64,000 nt of DNA. It comes from an uncultured Candidatus Binatia bacterium (GTDB lineage: Bacteria > Desulfobacterota > Binatia > Bin18). The stretch spans positions 1,248,001 through 1,312,000 of the forward strand of contig OZ243961.1 in the NCBI GenBank assembly GCA_965214605.1, written 5' to 3'. The translations under genes were made by a program, and so were the position numbers. The notes under the pieces are model-generated. The model was given only the letters and a program-made list of their open reading frames with translations, ran no database searches and was not told where the DNA came from. This document shows, one piece after another, positions 58,921-64,000 of this stretch; the stretch's first letter is position 1; the number at the start of each line of letters is the position of its first letter.

Positions 58921-59160
58921 ATGCAGAGAAGAGGGCTATTCCTTTTTATTTTGCTATGGACGAGTGTCGTCTGTCCACGGGCTGCCCACGCCTATTTAGA
59001 TCCAGGCAGCGGCAGCATGCTGTTGCAGCTCTTGCTCGGGGGTGTGGCTGGTCTGGCCGTTTTGCTCAAGCTGTACTGGCAGCGTTTCCTCCTCTTGTTC
59101 GGTATGAACCAAGCGGAAGACTCGGCAAGCGAAGACGCGCAATCTGCTCAGCAGGAGTAG
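58921..59160 (+). CDS. Small membrane protein with AYLDPGSGS motif
   Basis: Signal-like N-terminus, AHAYLDPGSGSMLLQLLLGG then a TM helix; RBS-like GAGGG. Confidence 0.75.
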   Translation: MQRRGLFLFILLWTSVVCPRAAHAYLDPGSGSMLLQLLLGGVAGLAVLLKLYWQRFLLLFGMNQAEDSASEDAQSAQQE

Positions 59161-59195
59161 TCCTACCGGCTTACGGTTCGGCTCAGACGTGTCCC

Positions 59196-60677
59196 ATGTC
59201 TCCTCCTGATGCGCTCAGGTCTGAACGCGGCTCGTTTCGCGACCGCACGAGCCGCGTTTTTTATCACGCGGACACTGTATTGCGAGCGCTGACCGCCCCA
59301 GCCTTGGTCGACTGGAATCAGCTCACCTCAACCACCTTCTTTCAGCGCCTGCACAGCGCTGGAAAGATTGTCCGGACCGAACAGGTTGATCCGCTTTATT
59401 TCTGCGGTACCACCCCTGAATTTGCCTCATCAGAGCGCCCATCTCCCACGGGCACAAGCCCCTGGGTCGCCACCCTCAAACACCAAAAGATCCCATTTAT
59501 TTCCTATCCGTACGAATGGTCGTTTGGTATGCTCAAAGATGCCGCTCTATTACAGCTGGAGTTGCTTCAGGTCGCATTAGCCGAGGGCATGATTCTCAAA
59601 GACGCCTCGTCTTTCAATGTCCAATGGGTCGGCAGCCGACCGATTTTTATCGACATCCCCTCCTTTACCCGTTTGACGCCCGGAACCCCGTGGGTTGGCT
59701 ATCGGCAGTTCTGTCAATTATTTCTGTTTCCGCTCCTTCTCCAAGCGTACAAAGACATCCCCTTTCAACCCTGGCTGCGGGGGAGTCTTGAGGGCGTTTC
59801 TCCCCAGGACTGCCGTCAGTTCATGTCGGTCCGTGACCTGCTGCGGCCGGGCGTGTTCGGCCACGTGTATTTGCAAGCCAAGGCCCAGGTCCGGTATGCC
59901 GACTCTGGCCAGCAACCTCTTCAGGGCAAACCCGGCCGTCAACAGAACCTCAAACATGCTCTGCGCAAGGCGGGCTTTCATACGGCTTTGATTCAAGCCA
60001 ATGTCAGTCGTTTGATGAAACTTATCCAGCGTCTGAGCTGGAACCGGGCGCGCTCAACCTGGGTAGAGTATACCCATCACCTTCCATACACGGAGGGCGA
60101 ACAGGCCCAAAAAGCAGATTTTGTCCGCCGTGTGATCCACTCGCGGTCTTGGTCGATGGTCTGGGATCTTGGCTGCAACACGGGCACCTTCTCACGTCTT
60201 GCGGCTCAAAACGCCACCACGGTCGTCGCCATGGACGCCGATGCCCTTGTCATAGAACGATTCTACCAAGCCTTGAAGACAGACGGGGAAACCTCGATTC
60301 TCCCCTTGGTCAGCAATGTGGCCGATCCGGCGCCAAACCTCGGCTGGCGGGGAGCAGAGCGCCAAGCCCTCGACCAGCGCACCCGACCAGACCTTATTCT
60401 GAGTCTGGCCCTCATTCATCATCTGGTGATCGGGGCCAATATTCCTCTGTACGAATTCCTCGTCTGGCTAGCGGGCTTCAAGGCTGCGGTAGTCATTGAG
60501 TTCATCACTCGCGAGGATCCCATGGTCCAGACCTTGCTCCGGCACAAAGACGACCACTATGCGGACTATGAGACAGCATATTTTGAGCGCTGCTTGTCCG
60601 CCGCTTTTACCATCAGGGAGCGTCATCTCTTAGCCTCGGGTACACGCATCTTATACTATGGTGAGCCGAAAACCTGA
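59196..60677 (+). CDS. NoeA-like class I SAM-dependent methyltransferase
   Basis: GSFRD, IPFISYPYEWSF.MLKDAA, LKDAS.FN.Q, WDLGCNTG, LALIHHL. Confidence 0.85.
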   Translation: MSPPDALRSERGSFRDRTSRVFYHADTVLRALTAPALVDWNQLTSTTFFQRLHSAGKIVRTEQVDPLYFCGTTPEFASSERPSPTGTSPWVATLKHQKIPFISYPYEWSFGMLKDAALLQLELLQVALAEGMILKDASSFNVQWVGSRPIFIDIPSFTRLTPGTPWVGYRQFCQLFLFPLLLQAYKDIPFQPWLRGSLEGVSPQDCRQFMSVRDLLRPGVFGHVYLQAKAQVRYADSGQQPLQGKPGRQQNLKHALRKAGFHTALIQANVSRLMKLIQRLSWNRARSTWVEYTHHLPYTEGEQAQKADFVRRVIHSRSWSMVWDLGCNTGTFSRLAAQNATTVVAMDADALVIERFYQALKTDGETSILPLVSNVADPAPNLGWRGAERQALDQRTRPDLILSLALIHHLVIGANIPLYEFLVWLAGFKAAVVIEFITREDPMVQTLLRHKDDHYADYETAYFERCLSAAFTIRERHLLASGTRILYYGEPKT

Positions 60678-63216
60678 ACGCCGTCCAGCGCGTCAGCAAA
60701 AAGTCGTGGAGAAGGGAGAGACGGGCTGGACGGCCAGCCTGCATGTCTTTGTCCTCGTGGGCTTTGCCGTTGCTCAGCCCCTCTTTGACCTGCTGGCACG
60801 CCAGGCGGAGTTTTTTATCTTCCGGCAGGCCACCTCGGGAGACATTACCGCTCTCGTCGTGATGCTTTGCGTGCTCCTCCCGCTCGGCTTGATAGGCGTG
60901 GAGGGGATTATCGGTCTATGCAGCCCCCGGCTGAGACGTTGGGCCCATGGAGCAATTATTGCCGGAGGAGTGGCGGCAACGGTTTTACCTGCTCTCCATC
61001 CCATCAGTGCTTTGCCGGGCTCTCTACTCGTTGCCGGAGCGTTCCTGCTCGGAGGGATGACGGCGCTGGGGTATGCCTTTTTTCCGCCCGTCCGGCTGTT
61101 CTTCAGCCTGTTGTCCCCGGCTGTGCTGATTTTTCCTAGCCTCTTTGTCTTTACCTCGCCGGTCTTTCGAATTGTCTTTCCGACTGACCCTTCCATTCCG
61201 GTTGAGCGCCTACACATTGCAAACCCACCGCCTATTGTTTTTATTATTCTGGATGAACTCCCCCTGACCTTGCTGCTTAACGAACACCACCAGATTGATG
61301 CGGCCCGCTATCCCCATTTTGCAGCTCTGGCACAGCACGCAACTTGGTTTCGCAATACCACCACCGTCAGTGCCTCAACTTCTCAGGCTGTTCCAGCCAT
61401 TCTGACCGGCCAGTACCCCGTCCCCCAGCAACTACCACATGCGACCGACCACCCACATAATTTGTTTTCACTGCTAGCTGGGCTGTATGACCTCAACACG
61501 TTTGGCGCGCTGACCCAGCTCTGTCCAGCTTCCCTGTGCACGCAGCACCGGAGCGCGGTGTGGCAGCGTCTCCCCTCCCTGCTGTCCGACCTAGCCGTTG
61601 TGTATCTCCATCTGCTCCTGCCACAGGACCTCCGAGCCAGCCTTCCGACTATTTCTCAAAACTGGGGACATTTTATCAATGCTCCAGAGCCGCACGACCG
61701 TAGAGCTGCCCAGTTAAAACTTCTTGACAAAATGATGCGCCACACCCTTCTCAGCGACCGCCGCCAGCAGGGACTGGACTTCATCCAAGCCATTCGGGCA
61801 GCAGACCAGCCGCATCTGTATTTTTTTCATTTCCTTCTTCCGCACGCTCCTTATAACTACCTCCCGTCCGGAAAGGTTTATACACAAGAAGGAGGAGTTC
61901 CTGGCCTGCCTGCCAAAGGTCAGCGGTATGTTGACGACACCCAGGGAGTGTTGCAGGTCTACCAACGCCATTTACTCCAGGTCGGCTTTGTTGACACATG
62001 GCTGGGAGCACTGTTGAGCCATCTCCAAGAAACAGGTCTGTATGACCAGACTCTGCTGGTCATTACCGCCGACCACGGAGTCAGTTTTCGGCCGGGCGAT
62101 TTGCGTCGCCTCCCTACCCAGACAACGTTTCAAGACATCATGCCCGTCCCCCTCTTCATCAAAGCCCCCTTTCAACGAGACGGCAACGTCAACGATCAAC
62201 CGCTGGAAACCATTGATATTCTTCCAACACTTGCAGATATCCTTAGGGTGAAGCTGCCTTGGGAGATTGATGGCTGCTCGGCATTTGATCCGTGCTCCGA
62301 ACGGATTCGCCGGATTTACTCATCATCGGGCAACCCCTTGACCTTTCCGGGCTTAGCTCAGGCTCTAGAACGAGCCGTCCAACGCCAACACCGCCTATTT
62401 GGCTCCGGGCTCCCCTTCCCAACCGCACCTAGTAGCCCCTTGTTAGGCAAACACCTCAAAGAGTTCGGCAGTATCGGAGCAACCAATGTGCGGATTGAAA
62501 TTGATCGGCCCGATCGTTTCACCACCGTGGATCTCCGGTCAGACTTTGTTCCCGCTTATATCAGCGGCTTAATCTCTCCCCAATCTCGTAGTGACCAGCC
62601 CGTCTCACTTGCCGTAGTGGTCAATGGTACGATTCAAGCGGTGACTCAGCCCTGGGGCGTTCCAATCCGAGGCCGGCATGGGTTCTGGTCGGCCACTGTC
62701 CCGGAGACCGCTTTTCAAACCGGCCGGAATACGGTTGAGGTCTTTGTCGTTTCCAATGTCGCAGGACAAATTACCCTGGCTCGTGCACCCGAAACACACT
62801 ACCGCCTGGACTCGGCCGACCAGACCGAAGCGTTGGTGTCGGCCGATGGCTCTTCCATACCTATCGTTCCCCAAGCCCTCCGAGGCTATATTGAGACTCC
62901 CCAGGTTTCTGAGCACACTGTCTTGCTCAAGGGTTGGGCGGTTGATGAAAAACATGCCCAATCGGCCGAGCAAATTCTTATTTTTCTGAACGGAACATTT
63001 TACCACGCGGGTCCAACAGCTGTCTCTCGTCCAGAGATTGCAGAATGGCTTGAACAGCCCGCTTTTGCCACCTCAGGCTTTCGCTATACCTTTCCAGCCG
63101 AGCCTTTTGTTGGCAGTGGGACGCCTGAAGTGCGGGTCTTTGCCGTCTCCGGCAGTATCGCTTCGGAACTGCGCTACATTGAGGGGTATCCGTGGAAGCC
63201 GTCGGTCCAATACTGA
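60658..63216 (+). CDS. Membrane-anchored sulfatase/LTA-synthase-like transferase
   Basis: N-terminal TMs, IILDELP, VPAILTG, HFLLPHAPY, ITADHG, VPLFIK, IDILPT. Confidence 0.85.
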   Translation: MVSRKPERRPARQQKVVEKGETGWTASLHVFVLVGFAVAQPLFDLLARQAEFFIFRQATSGDITALVVMLCVLLPLGLIGVEGIIGLCSPRLRRWAHGAIIAGGVAATVLPALHPISALPGSLLVAGAFLLGGMTALGYAFFPPVRLFFSLLSPAVLIFPSLFVFTSPVFRIVFPTDPSIPVERLHIANPPPIVFIILDELPLTLLLNEHHQIDAARYPHFAALAQHATWFRNTTTVSASTSQAVPAILTGQYPVPQQLPHATDHPHNLFSLLAGLYDLNTFGALTQLCPASLCTQHRSAVWQRLPSLLSDLAVVYLHLLLPQDLRASLPTISQNWGHFINAPEPHDRRAAQLKLLDKMMRHTLLSDRRQQGLDFIQAIRAADQPHLYFFHFLLPHAPYNYLPSGKVYTQEGGVPGLPAKGQRYVDDTQGVLQVYQRHLLQVGFVDTWLGALLSHLQETGLYDQTLLVITADHGVSFRPGDLRRLPTQTTFQDIMPVPLFIKAPFQRDGNVNDQPLETIDILPTLADILRVKLPWEIDGCSAFDPCSERIRRIYSSSGNPLTFPGLAQALERAVQRQHRLFGSGLPFPTAPSSPLLGKHLKEFGSIGATNVRIEIDRPDRFTTVDLRSDFVPAYISGLISPQSRSDQPVSLAVVVNGTIQAVTQPWGVPIRGRHGFWSATVPETAFQTGRNTVEVFVVSNVAGQITLARAPETHYRLDSADQTEALVSADGSSIPIVPQALRGYIETPQVSEHTVLLKGWAVDEKHAQSAEQILIFLNGTFYHAGPTAVSRPEIAEWLEQPAFATSGFRYTFPAEPFVGSGTPEVRVFAVSGSIASELRYIEGYPWKPSVQY

Positions 63217-63244
63217 CAGAAGTAGGCATAGAGCAATATGGGCT

Positions 63245-64000
63245 TCAGTTAGGCTGGCTCCGTCCCACCAAGAAACGCTTCAGCGTATCTTTTAGCGCGA
63301 TGCACCACCGCATATTGTAGTTTACGGCAAGCCGATAAGACGGCATCAAGAGACGCCGGAGGACAAAATAGGTGCGGGTCTGCCACGGCAGCCCAGCACT
63401 CTCAACAGGCGAAAGGCGAGGCGTGGTGGATTTTGCTTGTCCACGCTCCTGCCACAACTCCTCAGCCACGCTCGCCAAGCGGGTATACTCGACCGCTTGG
63501 CTGGCGCATATTCGGGCCAGACCGAGATGGGGAATGGGACGCGGCTGTGTTGTATGCCGGTGTTGGGCTTCTCGAAAGAGCTGCTCCAGCCGCTTAGCCA
63601 ACTCCTCTAACCGGAATGCGGTCTGTATCCGGCGGCGACCAGCTTGGCCCATGCTGTAGCGACGTTCAGGCTGTGCGATGAGCTCAGCCAGGGCGGCAGC
63701 GTAGGTCTCAGCTTCGGCCTCCGGTGTCGTGCGGGGAATCAAGATGCCGCACTCTGGCGTGACAAGTTCCCGCTGGCCACCCACGTCAGCCCCAACAATG
63801 GGCAGCCCACAGGCCATCGCTTCATAGAGAGACAAAGCAATCCCCTCCCACTGTGAAGGCAGAAAAAAAATGTCTGCCTCCGCCATCAGCCGACAAACGG
63901 AGTCGTTTGGGACGGCGCCCAGCAGCCGAACATGCCTGCCAAGCCCACGGCGTTTGATAAAGCCGCCCAACCAGTCGGCGTCAGGCCCATCGCCAGCTAC
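63245..64000 (-). CDS. Glycosyltransferase family 4, C-terminal part (runs off the window; paralog of 57330..58706)
   Basis: ADIFFLPSQWEGIALSLYEAMACGLPIVGADVGGQRELVTPECG. Confidence 0.88.
   Translation of the reverse strand, partial: VAGDGPDADWLGGFIKRRGLGRHVRLLGAVPNDSVCRLMAEADIFFLPSQWEGIALSLYEAMACGLPIVGADVGGQRELVTPECGILIPRTTPEAEAETYAAALAELIAQPERRYSMGQAGRRRIQTAFRLEELAKRLEQLFREAQHRHTTQPRPIPHLGLARICASQAVEYTRLASVAEELWQERGQAKSTTPRLSPVESAGLPWQTRTYFVLRRLLMPSYRLAVNYNMRWCIALKDTLKRFLVGRSQPN

Overview
A chromosomal window (about 58-60% GC by eye) from a diderm bacterium. Gene content looks deltaproteobacterium-like, but taxonomy cannot be fixed from this sequence. From left to right it holds: an LPS-core/yicC-gmk-spoT operon; a small accessory patch with a secreted thermonuclease next to tRNA-Arg(ACG) and tRNA-Ser(GCT); and a roughly 20 kb iron-homeostasis island (8.9-28.5 kb). 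The island has Fur-like palindromes, a Mu Com-like Cys4 mini-protein, a porin/FMN-binding protein/membrane protein/ApbE operon, a ferritin-like protein, imelysin plus a di-heme DHOR protein, decayed ABC-SBP and TonB-receptor remnants, feoAB, an atypical IscA and a TonB2-type ttpB-ttpC-exbB-exbD-tonB-TPR cluster. Housekeeping genes follow (recG, carB, carA, pyrC, tenA, tlyA, ispA, xseBA, ctpA, tlpA, lgt, dtd, trmL), then an R-M pseudogene, a probable UGA/SECIS selenoprotein gene, two ABC half-transporters and a surface-glycan cluster. The most interesting signal is a conserved 5'-leader element (GAGGCC...CAGAGCCC) that recurs three times in the iron island. Two copies run into intrinsic terminators upstream of paralogous small proteins, and one lies directly behind the Com-like gene. 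This suggests an undescribed Fur -> Com-like RNA-binding protein -> antitermination cascade. All assignments come from motif recognition; no searches were run.
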